A DNA stretch of 64,000 nucleotides from Candidatus Magasanikiibacteriota bacterium. GTDB taxonomy: Bacteria > Patescibacteriota > Patescibacteriia > Magasanikbacterales > UBA922. Where the stretch lies: the NCBI GenBank assembly GCA_041674805.1, contig JBAYVA010000001.1, positions 125,136 to 189,135 on the forward strand, written 5' to 3'. The notes under the pieces are model-generated. The model worked only from the letters and a program-made list of their open reading frames with translations. It was not told the origin of the DNA and ran no database searches. The translations under genes were made by a program, and so were the position numbers. Shown here in pieces: positions 27,559 to 36,886 of the stretch (positions are counted from its first letter, which is position 1; each line of letters opens with the position of its first letter).

Positions 27559-29085
27559 TTACTTCGCGTATTCTACAACTCTCGATTCACGAATTACGTT
27601 TACTTTTATTTCACCAGGATATTGATGTTCGTTTTCAATTTTACGAGCAATATCTTTGGCTAGATTGTAAGCAGCATAATCATCCACTTGATCTGATTTT
27701 ACAAAGACACGTACTTCACGACCAGCTTGGATAGCGTAGACTTTATCAATGCCATCAAAACTTGAAGCGGTTTTTTCCAATTCTTCAAGACGAAGAACAT
27801 ATTGTTCATAAGAATCACGACGAGCACCGACACGAGAACCTGATATTGCATCAGCAGCTTTGACAATTTGAGTGATAATTCTTTCTGGTTTATCATCATG
27901 GTGATGACCAGCTGCCAATTGGATTTCTTCGTGAAGACCAAATTTTTTCAAAATTGTTTCACCAATTTCTGGATGTCCACCTTGAGTTTCTTGGTCAACA
28001 GATTTACCAATATCATGGAAGAATCCTGCTTTACGAGCCATCACTGGATCTACGCCAAGTTCTTCAGCGATAAGAGCTGACAATTGAGCAACTTCAGTCG
28101 AGTGGTTGATGATGTTTTGTCCATAACTTGTACGATATTTTAGACGACCAACGATAGAAACAAGTTTTGGATCAATACCTGTGATACCAAGTTTGTATAG
28201 TACTTCTTCACCAGCTTTTTTGATATCTAATGCCAATTCTTTTTTGGCTTCTAAAATGAATTCTTCAATTCTTGCAGGTTGAATACGTCCATCTTTGATA
28301 AGTTTTTCCAAAGCCAATTGACAAACACGACGACGGATAGGGGAAAAACCAGAGATAAGGATCACGCCAGGTGTATCGTCGATGACGAGTTCACAACCTG
28401 TCATTTTTTCAATAGTTTTGATATTGCGTCCATCTTTTCCAATGATACGTCCTTTCATTTCATCACTAGGTATGACTACTGCAGTAGAAGTAGTTTCACT
28501 AGAATGATCAGAAGCACAACGTTGGATTGAGTTGATAATTATTTCACGAGCTTTGACATCATATTTATCACTATTGTCATGTTCTACTTTTAGGACTCTA
28601 CTATAAAGTTCTTCAGAAGCATCTTTTTCTATTTTTTGGAAAAGTATTTCTTTGGCTTCTTCAACAGATAATTTGGCTACTTGTTCCAATTTTTCTGCTG
28701 TTTGAACTCTTAAATTTTCTATTTTTTCTTTTATTTTTTGAACTTCTTCTACTTTTTCTTGTAAATGACTTTTTTTATCTTCAAATTCCATTAATTTTTT
28801 GTCGAACATGTTTTCACGTTGTTCAAGACGCTTTTGTGTTTGACTGATTTCACCACGTCTATCATTTTCGTCCTTTTTGGCTTCGTCAATGATTTTGATA
28901 GCTTTTTCTTTGGCTTGAAGTAATACTTCTTGCTCTTTTTGTTTTGCTTCTGTAAGCATTTTTTCTGCTATAGCTTCAATAGAGTTTGCTTTAGCTTGGG
29001 CTGTTTGTTTACGAATGAAATAACCAAGACCAATACCGACGCCCACACCGGCAAGGATCCCGATTAATAGTAATACTTCTGACAT
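27559..29085 (-). CDS. rny: ribonuclease Y
   Basis: N-terminal TM, coiled coil, KH domain (GRIIGKDGRNIK) and HD domain (HHDIGK...GHH). Confidence 0.9.
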   Translation of the reverse strand: MSEVLLLIGILAGVGVGIGLGYFIRKQTAQAKANSIEAIAEKMLTEAKQKEQEVLLQAKEKAIKIIDEAKKDENDRRGEISQTQKRLEQRENMFDKKLMEFEDKKSHLQEKVEEVQKIKEKIENLRVQTAEKLEQVAKLSVEEAKEILFQKIEKDASEELYSRVLKVEHDNSDKYDVKAREIIINSIQRCASDHSSETTSTAVVIPSDEMKGRIIGKDGRNIKTIEKMTGCELVIDDTPGVILISGFSPIRRRVCQLALEKLIKDGRIQPARIEEFILEAKKELALDIKKAGEEVLYKLGITGIDPKLVSIVGRLKYRTSYGQNIINHSTEVAQLSALIAEELGVDPVMARKAGFFHDIGKSVDQETQGGHPEIGETILKKFGLHEEIQLAAGHHHDDKPERIITQIVKAADAISGSRVGARRDSYEQYVLRLEELEKTASSFDGIDKVYAIQAGREVRVFVKSDQVDDYAAYNLAKDIARKIENEHQYPGEIKVNVIRESRVVEYAK

Positions 29086-29518
29086 ACTTTTATATTAAAA
29101 TTAGTTATTAATAAAATTATTTTTTAAATAAAAAAATCTCTCAACTACAGAGATTTGCCAGAATTTTGATATTTTTTGTTTTTAAATAGAAGAATTACTG
29201 AAATTTGTTTTCAGTATTTTATTATTCTATTTTAGAAGATTTGCCATGATGGCAATTTGGAGAATAATAGCTAGTTTTTGCATTTTTTTTGACATTTTCA
29301 AACATAAAATGTTTAACAACGATCTTTATTTTTTCTAAACTAAGTAAACTCTAATATCAATATTCTGGTCAATTCCTGTAGTTTTTACTACAGATATAGT
29401 AGCACAAAAGTATGTATTTGTCAATTTTGTCTTTTGCCTATTTTTTGCTTGAGTAGCTGTGGATAATTTTATCCTTTGTTAGATTATGTTTTGAAATAAT
29501 CTAAATATTTGTATATAT

Positions 29519-30175
29519 TTAAATTTCTTTTACTTTTTTGGCATCTTCAACTTTATAATCTCCAATTTGTGTTCTACGTAATTCAAAACAGTACGCGCCA
29601 CAACCTAGTGCTTCACCAATATCTTGAGCGAGCTGACGGATATAGGTACCAGTAGAGCATTTTACTTCTATTTTCAATTTTGGATATTGATAGTCAATAA
29701 GCTTGATATCATAAATTTCAATATCATTGGCTTGTCTTTCAATTTCTATACCTTGTCTAGCTAATTCATAAAGTCTTTGTCCTTTGATTTTTTTGGCTGA
29801 GTGCATAGGTGGCATTTGTTGTTGTTTACCCAAAAATTTTTTTAAAACATCTTGAACTTGTTCTAAAGTAATGTCAGAAGTAAAATTTGTACTTTCAATT
29901 TCTCCTTCTGGATCTTGTGTATCTGAAATTTCACCAAATTGTAGTGTAGTTTCGTAAGTTTTGTCTAGATTTTTGAATTCGTCTAGTCTGACTGTGGCTT
30001 CTTTACCTACGCCAACAATAAGTAAGCCTGTAGCAAAAGGATCAAGTGTGCCTGCATGGCCAACTTTCAAATTTTTTATTCCTTTTTCTTTTTTGAGTTT
30101 ACCACGAAGAAAGGCCACCACATCATTGCTGGTCCAAGTTGTTTCTTTGTCAATTAGTAAAAAATTTCCTTCCAT
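29519..30175 (-). CDS. truB: tRNA pseudouridine(55) synthase TruB
   Basis: HAGTLDPFATGLLIVGVGKEATV. Confidence 0.85.
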   Translation of the reverse strand: MEGNFLLIDKETTWTSNDVVAFLRGKLKKEKGIKNLKVGHAGTLDPFATGLLIVGVGKEATVRLDEFKNLDKTYETTLQFGEISDTQDPEGEIESTNFTSDITLEQVQDVLKKFLGKQQQMPPMHSAKKIKGQRLYELARQGIEIERQANDIEIYDIKLIDYQYPKLKIEVKCSTGTYIRQLAQDIGEALGCGAYCFELRRTQIGDYKVEDAKKVKEI

Positions 30176-30277
30176 ATTTTCATTAAATCATAAAATCACT
30201 TGATTTTACATAATGTCACAAATTCGGTGATTAAAGCATTTTAAGTTTTTTAAGCTTTTGTGTTATAATAAATCAAT

Positions 30278-31222
30278 ATGATAGAAAAATCAAGACAAGT
30301 TATCTGTTGGGGTGCTTCTGAAAGAGGGGAAGAAGAAAAAGGAATAAATGATTTTTGGGATGCTAGACCCATTTTTGATCAAGATGAAGTTACTTGGAAA
30401 GACAAAGTAAAACTTTTGTTTTTTCCAAAAAAGTTGTTACTTTATAATTGGATTAGAAAAGCTTTGCAAGAAAAAAGAAAAGAAAATAAAAGAACTGGCA
30501 AATTTTCCAAATTAAAAATTTTGGATGTAGCTTGTGGTACAGGTGCCAATATTATTGAAATGAAAAAACTATGGTGTAAAGAAATAGAAGTATATGGAGT
30601 TGATAGAATTCATTTACAAGTAGATTTGGCAAATAGACGTATCAAAGAATATGGTGTTTGGGCTGATATTAGTTTTTATGAGGCTAATTCTTTGCCTTTC
30701 AACCATGATTTTTTTGATGTTGTTTTTAGTTCTGATATTTTAGTTAATATTGAAGACTTTTCAAGTTATTTGGAAGAGTTACAAAGAGTTTTGTCTTTTG
30801 GTGGTAGTTTGGTAATTTTTGCTGACTCAAAATTAGGTAAGCATGCTTATATAAAAAATTATTTGCATAAAAAAGGTTTGGATATATCCAATCACAAACC
30901 ATTTCATTTGTCTTCTTATTCAAAAGAAGATTTGATAAAAACTTTAACAGTCAATGATTTTGAAATAAAAAAAATGTATACAACTTTTTTCTTGGATTTT
31001 TTGACATATCCTGAAGATTTTTATGAAAGTTTACAATCACAAAACAAGTTTTTCTTTTTACGTAATATTAACAAATTTTTGTGTTGGTTAAAAATAAAAA
31101 CAAAACCAGTTTCTTCATTTTGTTCTGGATTATATAGTTTGATTGAAATGTTGACGATTGGTAGATTTTTGCAAGTGCAGGGGTATATTGTGTTAGCTAA
31201 GAAAAAGCACTATAATGAATGA
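30278..31222 (+). CDS. class I SAM-dependent methyltransferase
   Basis: ILDVACGTGANI motif I. Confidence 0.6.
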   Translation: MIEKSRQVICWGASERGEEEKGINDFWDARPIFDQDEVTWKDKVKLLFFPKKLLLYNWIRKALQEKRKENKRTGKFSKLKILDVACGTGANIIEMKKLWCKEIEVYGVDRIHLQVDLANRRIKEYGVWADISFYEANSLPFNHDFFDVVFSSDILVNIEDFSSYLEELQRVLSFGGSLVIFADSKLGKHAYIKNYLHKKGLDISNHKPFHLSSYSKEDLIKTLTVNDFEIKKMYTTFFLDFLTYPEDFYESLQSQNKFFFLRNINKFLCWLKIKTKPVSSFCSGLYSLIEMLTIGRFLQVQGYIVLAKKKHYNE

Positions 31223-31244
31223 TGTTTCAATTACTATATAGTTT

Positions 31245-31352
31245 TTAATTTTAAATTTAGCAATTTTGAATTTTAAAACAATGAATAAATTTTTAAATTT
31301 AGAAATTTAAAATTGTTTCGAAATTTAAAATTCCTAAATTACTAAATTTTAA
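31245..31352. repeat. AT-rich ~100-bp dispersed repeat (copy 2)
   Basis: See copy 1 at 27395-27500. Confidence 0.55.
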
Positions 31353-31355
31353 AAT

Positions 31356-33632
31356 ATGTCCTATAATTTATTAAACAAAACAGATTTCGAAAAATTCAAA
31401 AAAAATAATTCTAATAAATTCAAATATGATTTTGAAGGTGGGGCTTATTTGAATTTGCAAAATTTAGATTTGGAAAGTTTGCCTGGTATTGAAGTAGATA
31501 AATTAAATAAAATTGCCACACTCATGCGTGAGCTTATTTTTGCCACTGTTGAGGGAAGTCGCTCGGGTCATCCGGGTGGCTCTAGTTCCAAAGTCGAACA
31601 ATTTCTAGGGCTTACTCTTGGCGGTGCTTTGGCTTTTGATCCACTTGAACCAAAAAATACTTGTCGCGATAGAGTAATTTGGTCAGCCGGACATTGTACA
31701 CCAGGTCTTTATAGTGGTCTTGCTTTGTTTTATGAAAGTTTGAAAAAGAAAGGTGTAAAATTTGATGCCAAAAAGTTACATGCTGTTTTGGCCAGAGATT
31801 TGGCAAAATTTCGACGAGCTGGTGGACTTCCTGGTCATGCTGAAAGTTACACTCCTCTTTCAGATATTTCTACCGGTCCTTCTGGCCATGGTTTTTCGGC
31901 TGCTGGTGGATTAGCTATTACTCACAAATCAGCTGGCACGGGAAGTAAAGTTTGGGTTTTTATGGGTGACGCCGAGAGCGAAGAAGGTATGACTTACGAA
32001 GCTCGTAATCTTTTGCATACTGTTGGTGCTGACAATATGATTGTTTCTCTTGATTACAATAATTTTGGTATTGATGGTGATATAAGTGAAGTATTGTCGA
32101 ATAAATATATCAACAACTGGTTAGGCTTAGGTTGGAATGTGATTGAAATAAATGGTCATAATATTTTGGAGTGTGTCTATGCTTATCGTCTTGCTGCACA
32201 AAAAGTTTTTGACAACAATAATCCAACTGTTGTTATTGCTCATACTATTAAAGGTGAACAATATGGTAGTTTGGAAAACACCAATAAATCTCATGGTGAA
32301 GAAGTAAGTCATGAAGAATATGTAAGAATTGAAAGAAATTTAGATATTAACAAAAATACAGTTTTTCCAGATGCCGAAGGTGATATTAAAGATGATTTAT
32401 CAAGCATTGAATTGGATTTGGATATTGTCCTCTCAACTTACATTGTAAACAGACTAAAAGTCTCGGCCAAAAATATTCCAACTGAAAAAAAAGTTGTAGC
32501 ACAAATGAAAAAAACTTTATCTAAAAGAAAGTTTCAAAGTGTTACTTCAATCAAACGTCCTCTTAAATTGCCAAAAGAACTTATTTTTGAAGCAGTGAAT
32601 AAAGTGGCTACTCGCAAAGCTAGTCAAGCATTTTTTGAATACTTAATGAAAGAAAGTGCTTTTTTCTGGGCTGGAGCAGGGGATTTGTCAGAATCAGTCA
32701 AAACAGATAAGGCTGAAAATGTTTTTGGTGTTATAAATAAACAAAATCCTTACGGTCGTGGTATTCGTTATGGTATTGCTGAACAAAATATGGGAATGAT
32801 GGGCACAGGTATGACACTTGATAGATTGCCAGGGAGTTTTGCTCCAGCTTCTGTAATTGGTACTTATGCAGCGTTTACTTCGATGATGTGCAATGGTATT
32901 CGTGTGGCAGTGATAAATAATCATTTATATCCTGCTCACAAAGGTTTTTTCATTGTACTTGCTAGTCACGACGGACCAGAAGTTGGTGAGGATGGACCTA
33001 CACATCAAGGACTTTATTGGATGAGTATGTTTACAGCTTACCCTGGTATCAAAGTTTATAAGCCAACAGACGCTAACGAAACTATTGAAATGCTTTTTCA
33101 TGCTATCAAAATTGGAGAACCAATTGTACTTTCAGTTTCTCGTCCGGATGTAGCAGTACTAAAACGTGGTAAAAATGCTTGTTGTGGTCAGACAGTGCCT
33201 TCAGCCAAAGAAGCTATCAACGGCGCTTATATTTTCAAAGATTACAAAAATAATGGTAAACAAAAAATGTGTGTAGCTGTCTCGGGTGCAATTGTTTTGA
33301 ATAATTTGTTACAAATTTTACCAGAATTAGAAAATGAAAATAAAGACGTTAAAATTGTAGTAGTAACTTCACCAGAACTTTTTGCAGAATTAAAAAAGAA
33401 AAATAAGAAAAAAGCTGAAAGTATTTTCAATTCAAGTGACAGAAAAGTTTGTGTTACTCTGCATGCGGGCTGGAAAGGATTTTTAAGAGACTTCATTGAT
33501 AATGATTTTTATGATGAACGTTCAATTGGTCTTGAAACTTATTTGGAAAGTGGAAGTGTGGATGAAGTTTATGAAATGGCAAAATTGTCGAGTGAGGATA
33601 TAAAAAAGAAATTGTTGGGTATTAGGTTTTAG
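31356..33632 (+). CDS. tkt: transketolase (single-chain, unusually long at 758 aa)
   Basis: TPP-binding motifs GHPGGS and GDAESEEGMTYEARNL...DYNNFGIDG; pyrimidine-binding and C-terminal domains present. Confidence 0.8.
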   Translation: MSYNLLNKTDFEKFKKNNSNKFKYDFEGGAYLNLQNLDLESLPGIEVDKLNKIATLMRELIFATVEGSRSGHPGGSSSKVEQFLGLTLGGALAFDPLEPKNTCRDRVIWSAGHCTPGLYSGLALFYESLKKKGVKFDAKKLHAVLARDLAKFRRAGGLPGHAESYTPLSDISTGPSGHGFSAAGGLAITHKSAGTGSKVWVFMGDAESEEGMTYEARNLLHTVGADNMIVSLDYNNFGIDGDISEVLSNKYINNWLGLGWNVIEINGHNILECVYAYRLAAQKVFDNNNPTVVIAHTIKGEQYGSLENTNKSHGEEVSHEEYVRIERNLDINKNTVFPDAEGDIKDDLSSIELDLDIVLSTYIVNRLKVSAKNIPTEKKVVAQMKKTLSKRKFQSVTSIKRPLKLPKELIFEAVNKVATRKASQAFFEYLMKESAFFWAGAGDLSESVKTDKAENVFGVINKQNPYGRGIRYGIAEQNMGMMGTGMTLDRLPGSFAPASVIGTYAAFTSMMCNGIRVAVINNHLYPAHKGFFIVLASHDGPEVGEDGPTHQGLYWMSMFTAYPGIKVYKPTDANETIEMLFHAIKIGEPIVLSVSRPDVAVLKRGKNACCGQTVPSAKEAINGAYIFKDYKNNGKQKMCVAVSGAIVLNNLLQILPELENENKDVKIVVVTSPELFAELKKKNKKKAESIFNSSDRKVCVTLHAGWKGFLRDFIDNDFYDERSIGLETYLESGSVDEVYEMAKLSSEDIKKKLLGIRF

Positions 33633-33650
33633 GTATTAGGTGTTAGGAAT
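33617..33650. repeat. TTAGGT repeat copy
   Basis: GGTATTAGGTTTTAGGTATTAGGTGTTAGG, overlapping the tkt stop. Confidence 0.5.
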
Positions 33651-33796
33651 ATAATAAAAAGTCTTAAATTGATTATAATTTTAAAATTTTATTTTTGATT
33701 TAGGATTTAGGATCTCGTATTTTTTATTTTTCGCTAATTTATTGACTTTTCTTATTATTTCCTATATAATGTCAACAATTAAATAACAAAAGCATT

Positions 33797-33835
33797 TCTA
33801 GCCTTTCAGGCATTTTCAGCTTTTTAAGCATTTTT
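33797..33835. repeat. A-tract repeat copy, reverse orientation
   Basis: TCTAGCCTTTCAGGCATTTTCAGCTTTTTAAGCATTTTT. Confidence 0.55.
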
Positions 33836-33840
33836 ATCAC

Positions 33841-35862
33841 ATGAACGTCACTGAACTAGCCCGTCAACTTAGAATAAATACTGTAGAATTATTGGATGTT
33901 TTGCCTCAATACGGTTTTGATATTGGTCGCAAAGCTATCAAGATTGATGATGCCACTGCTGAACAAGTGATACGTCGTTGGAAATATATCAAACGTGAAA
34001 TGGAACAAAAGAAAAAACAAGAATTGGAAGAAAAAAAATTAAAAGAAAAAGAATTACGTAAAGAATTGGGACAGCATGTAACTTTGCCAGAAAAATTGAC
34101 AGTTAGAGAATTTGCAGAAAAGTTGAACATGTCTACCACTCAAATTATTACAGAACTCATGAAAAATGGTATTTTGGCAAATCAAAACCAAAATCTTGAT
34201 TATGACACTATGTCTATCATGTCTGAAGATTTGGGTTTTACTGTACACAAACAAGATGGTAATCCAGATGAAGCAAGAAAAGAAGAAGAAAGAATTCAAA
34301 ATCTTGAAGAAGCTTTGTCAAAAGCCAAAAACTTACAGCCACGTGCTCCAGTTATTGTTGTGATGGGTCATGTTGATCATGGTAAAACAAAATTGTTAGA
34401 CACTATTCGTCATGCAAATATTATTGATACAGAAGCTGGTGGTATCACCCAACATATTGGTGCTTACCAAACTATCTGGAAAGATCCAAAAACAAAAAAA
34501 GAACGTGCTTTGACTTTTATTGATACTCCTGGTCATGAAGCTTTTTCTATGATGCGTAGTCGTGGTGCCAAAGTCGCTGATATTGCTATTTTGATTGTTG
34601 CTGCTGATGATGGGGTCAAGCCTCAGACAGAAGAAGCTATTAGTATTATCAAAGCTGCTAAATTGCCGTATGTAGTTGCAATCAATAAAATTGATAAAGA
34701 AAGTGCTGATGTTCAAAAAACAAAAACTGATTTGTCACAAAAAGGTGTTTTGGCTGAAGAATGGGGTGGAAATATCCCAATGGTAGAAATTTCTGCAAAA
34801 CAAAATTTGAATATTGACAAATTATTGGATGTGTTAATTTTGGTTGCTGATATAAATGAAGACAAAATACAAGCTGACCCAGATTTGCAAGCTATTGGTA
34901 CTGTAGTAGAATCAAATGTAGATAAGGGTATGGGGCCTGTCGCCACTGTACTAGTGCAATCAGGTACTTTGCATAGAGGTGACAAACTTGTGGTAAATAA
35001 TGAAATTTATGGCAAAGTAAGAGCTATGAAAGATTATAAAGGAGATTTAGTAGACGAAGCTGGACCTTCTGTACCTATTCAAATCATTGGTTTCAAAATA
35101 GCACCTGAAGTAGGTGATGTCTTAGATATTACCAAAGAAAGTACTGCTACTGAAATAAATTTGAGAAAGAAAAAAGTAGAACAAACAGGTGCTGAAAGAA
35201 ACTTGGATGTTGATAACAATGTTGATGAAGAAGACAAAAAGAAGAGTTTGAACATAGTTGTAAAAGCAGATGTACTTGGTTCTCTTGAAGCAATTATTTC
35301 TTCTTTTGAAAAGATTAGACATGACGAAGTAGGTGTCAAAATTATTGGAAAAGGTCTTGGCAACATTACTGAAGATGACGTAAAAAAAGCAGCTACTAGT
35401 GGTGCTACTGTCATTGGTTTCAATGTCAATGCGACTCCTTTGGCTAACAGTATGATGCGTGAAGAAAGAGTTGACTTTTTGAAATATGATATTATTTATG
35501 ATTTGATAAATTGGGTAAAAGAAGAATTGGGTAAATTGCTTAGTGATGAAAAAATTATTACAGAATATGGTAAAATGAAAGTTATAGGCATTTTCCGCAA
35601 AGAAAAAGGTTCGATGATTGTTGGTGGCAAGATGGAATCTGGCAAAGTAGTCAAAAATGTTTTGGCTAGAGTAGTTCATGAAGGTTTGGTGATGGGTAAT
35701 GGCAAAATTACAGAATGTCGTCTTGGACAATCTATTGCTAAAGAAGTTCATGAAGGTATGGAATGTGGTGTTAGATTTGAAGGTAAAATTAAAATTGAAG
35801 TTGATGATGTATTGGAATTTTATACTGAGGAGACAAAAGCACGTGAAATTCAATTTTTATAA
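33841..35862 (+). CDS. infB: translation initiation factor IF-2
   Basis: N-terminal IF2_N, G domain (GHVDHGKTKLLD, DTPGHEAF, NKID) and C-terminal beta-barrels. Confidence 0.93.
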   Translation: MNVTELARQLRINTVELLDVLPQYGFDIGRKAIKIDDATAEQVIRRWKYIKREMEQKKKQELEEKKLKEKELRKELGQHVTLPEKLTVREFAEKLNMSTTQIITELMKNGILANQNQNLDYDTMSIMSEDLGFTVHKQDGNPDEARKEEERIQNLEEALSKAKNLQPRAPVIVVMGHVDHGKTKLLDTIRHANIIDTEAGGITQHIGAYQTIWKDPKTKKERALTFIDTPGHEAFSMMRSRGAKVADIAILIVAADDGVKPQTEEAISIIKAAKLPYVVAINKIDKESADVQKTKTDLSQKGVLAEEWGGNIPMVEISAKQNLNIDKLLDVLILVADINEDKIQADPDLQAIGTVVESNVDKGMGPVATVLVQSGTLHRGDKLVVNNEIYGKVRAMKDYKGDLVDEAGPSVPIQIIGFKIAPEVGDVLDITKESTATEINLRKKKVEQTGAERNLDVDNNVDEEDKKKSLNIVVKADVLGSLEAIISSFEKIRHDEVGVKIIGKGLGNITEDDVKKAATSGATVIGFNVNATPLANSMMREERVDFLKYDIIYDLINWVKEELGKLLSDEKIITEYGKMKVIGIFRKEKGSMIVGGKMESGKVVKNVLARVVHEGLVMGNGKITECRLGQSIAKEVHEGMECGVRFEGKIKIEVDDVLEFYTEETKAREIQFL

Positions 35863-35915
35863 TTTGGATGAAAACATAAAAGCATAAAAACATTAAAACA
35901 ATTTGAAAAAAGAAA

Positions 35916-35941
35916 AATCGAGGCTAGAACCTTGATTTTTT
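35916..35941 (+). terminator. terminator hairpin after infB
   Basis: AATCGAGG-ctagaa-CCTTGATT followed by TTTT. Confidence 0.5.
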
Positions 35942-36090
35942 ATTAGCATAATAAGCAAATTAAGCAGAACATGCAAAATAAGTGACTTTACAAACTTTTA
36001 ACTATTTTTGTCCACACCTTGCCACATTTTTTGAAAAGTAGTATATTATTTACACTATTCAAAAAAGTTAATTTTTAAGAAGTAAATAAT

Positions 36091-36414
36091 ATGTCAGAAG
36101 TAATTTTAACAGATGCAAATTTTGAAGCAGAAGTACTAAAATCAGAAGTACCTGTTTTGGTAGATTTTTGGGCTCCTTGGTGTGGTCCTTGTCAAATGAT
36201 GGGTCCCGTAGTATCTCAATTGTCAGATGAATTAGTTGGCAAAGCTAAAATTGCCAAAATGAATGTTGATGAAAACAATCTTACAGCTGGTAAATATCGT
36301 GTGATGAGTATCCCTACATTTTTGGTATTCAAAGGTGGTGAATTGGTAGATCAAATGATCGGTGGAGTACCAAAAGACAGATTAAAAGAAATGATTGAAA
36401 AACACGTATCATAA
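36091..36414 (+). CDS. trxA: thioredoxin
   Basis: WAPWCGPCQ active site; 107 aa. Confidence 0.92.
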   Translation: MSEVILTDANFEAEVLKSEVPVLVDFWAPWCGPCQMMGPVVSQLSDELVGKAKIAKMNVDENNLTAGKYRVMSIPTFLVFKGGELVDQMIGGVPKDRLKEMIEKHVS

Positions 36415-36516
36415 AAAAATTGAAACATAGAAAAAATAAGACAATCTTTCACAAGGTTGTTTTATTTTTGATAATGTATTAAACTTAAGATAAGTTATTT
36501 TTAAGTTTTTAAAATT

Positions 36517-36768
36517 ATGTCTGAATTTAATAATTCACCAATGCCAAGTAATTTATCTGGTGAAAGTGATAATAGATCTGAAATAGAAAACAAAAAAGAA
36601 ATAAAAGAAAAAATGGAAAGTCTTATTAATCATTTTTTTATGCAAAAAAATAAAAATGCTGCTGTTAGTGCTTTTGATAAGATTATGAAATATGCTAATA
36701 TTAATAATATATCTTTATCAAATGAAGAATGGGATAAATTAAAAGCACATGTAAATAAATTTGTATAA
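36517..36768 (+). CDS. hypothetical small protein
   Basis: ORF followed by a hairpin terminator. Confidence 0.4.
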   Translation: MSEFNNSPMPSNLSGESDNRSEIENKKEIKEKMESLINHFFMQKNKNAAVSAFDKIMKYANINNISLSNEEWDKLKAHVNKFV

Positions 36769-36795
36769 AAATGCTCAAAAAGAGCATTTTTGTTG
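36769..36795 (+). terminator. terminator
   Basis: AAAAATGCTC-aaaaa-GAGCATTTTTGTT. Confidence 0.55.
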
Positions 36796-36886
36796 CTATT
36801 GATTTTTGTCTTAAATTTTGTTAATGTAGTATTGTAACTCAGAACTTTAGTCCTGATATATTTTCTTGAAAAAATAATAAAATTTT

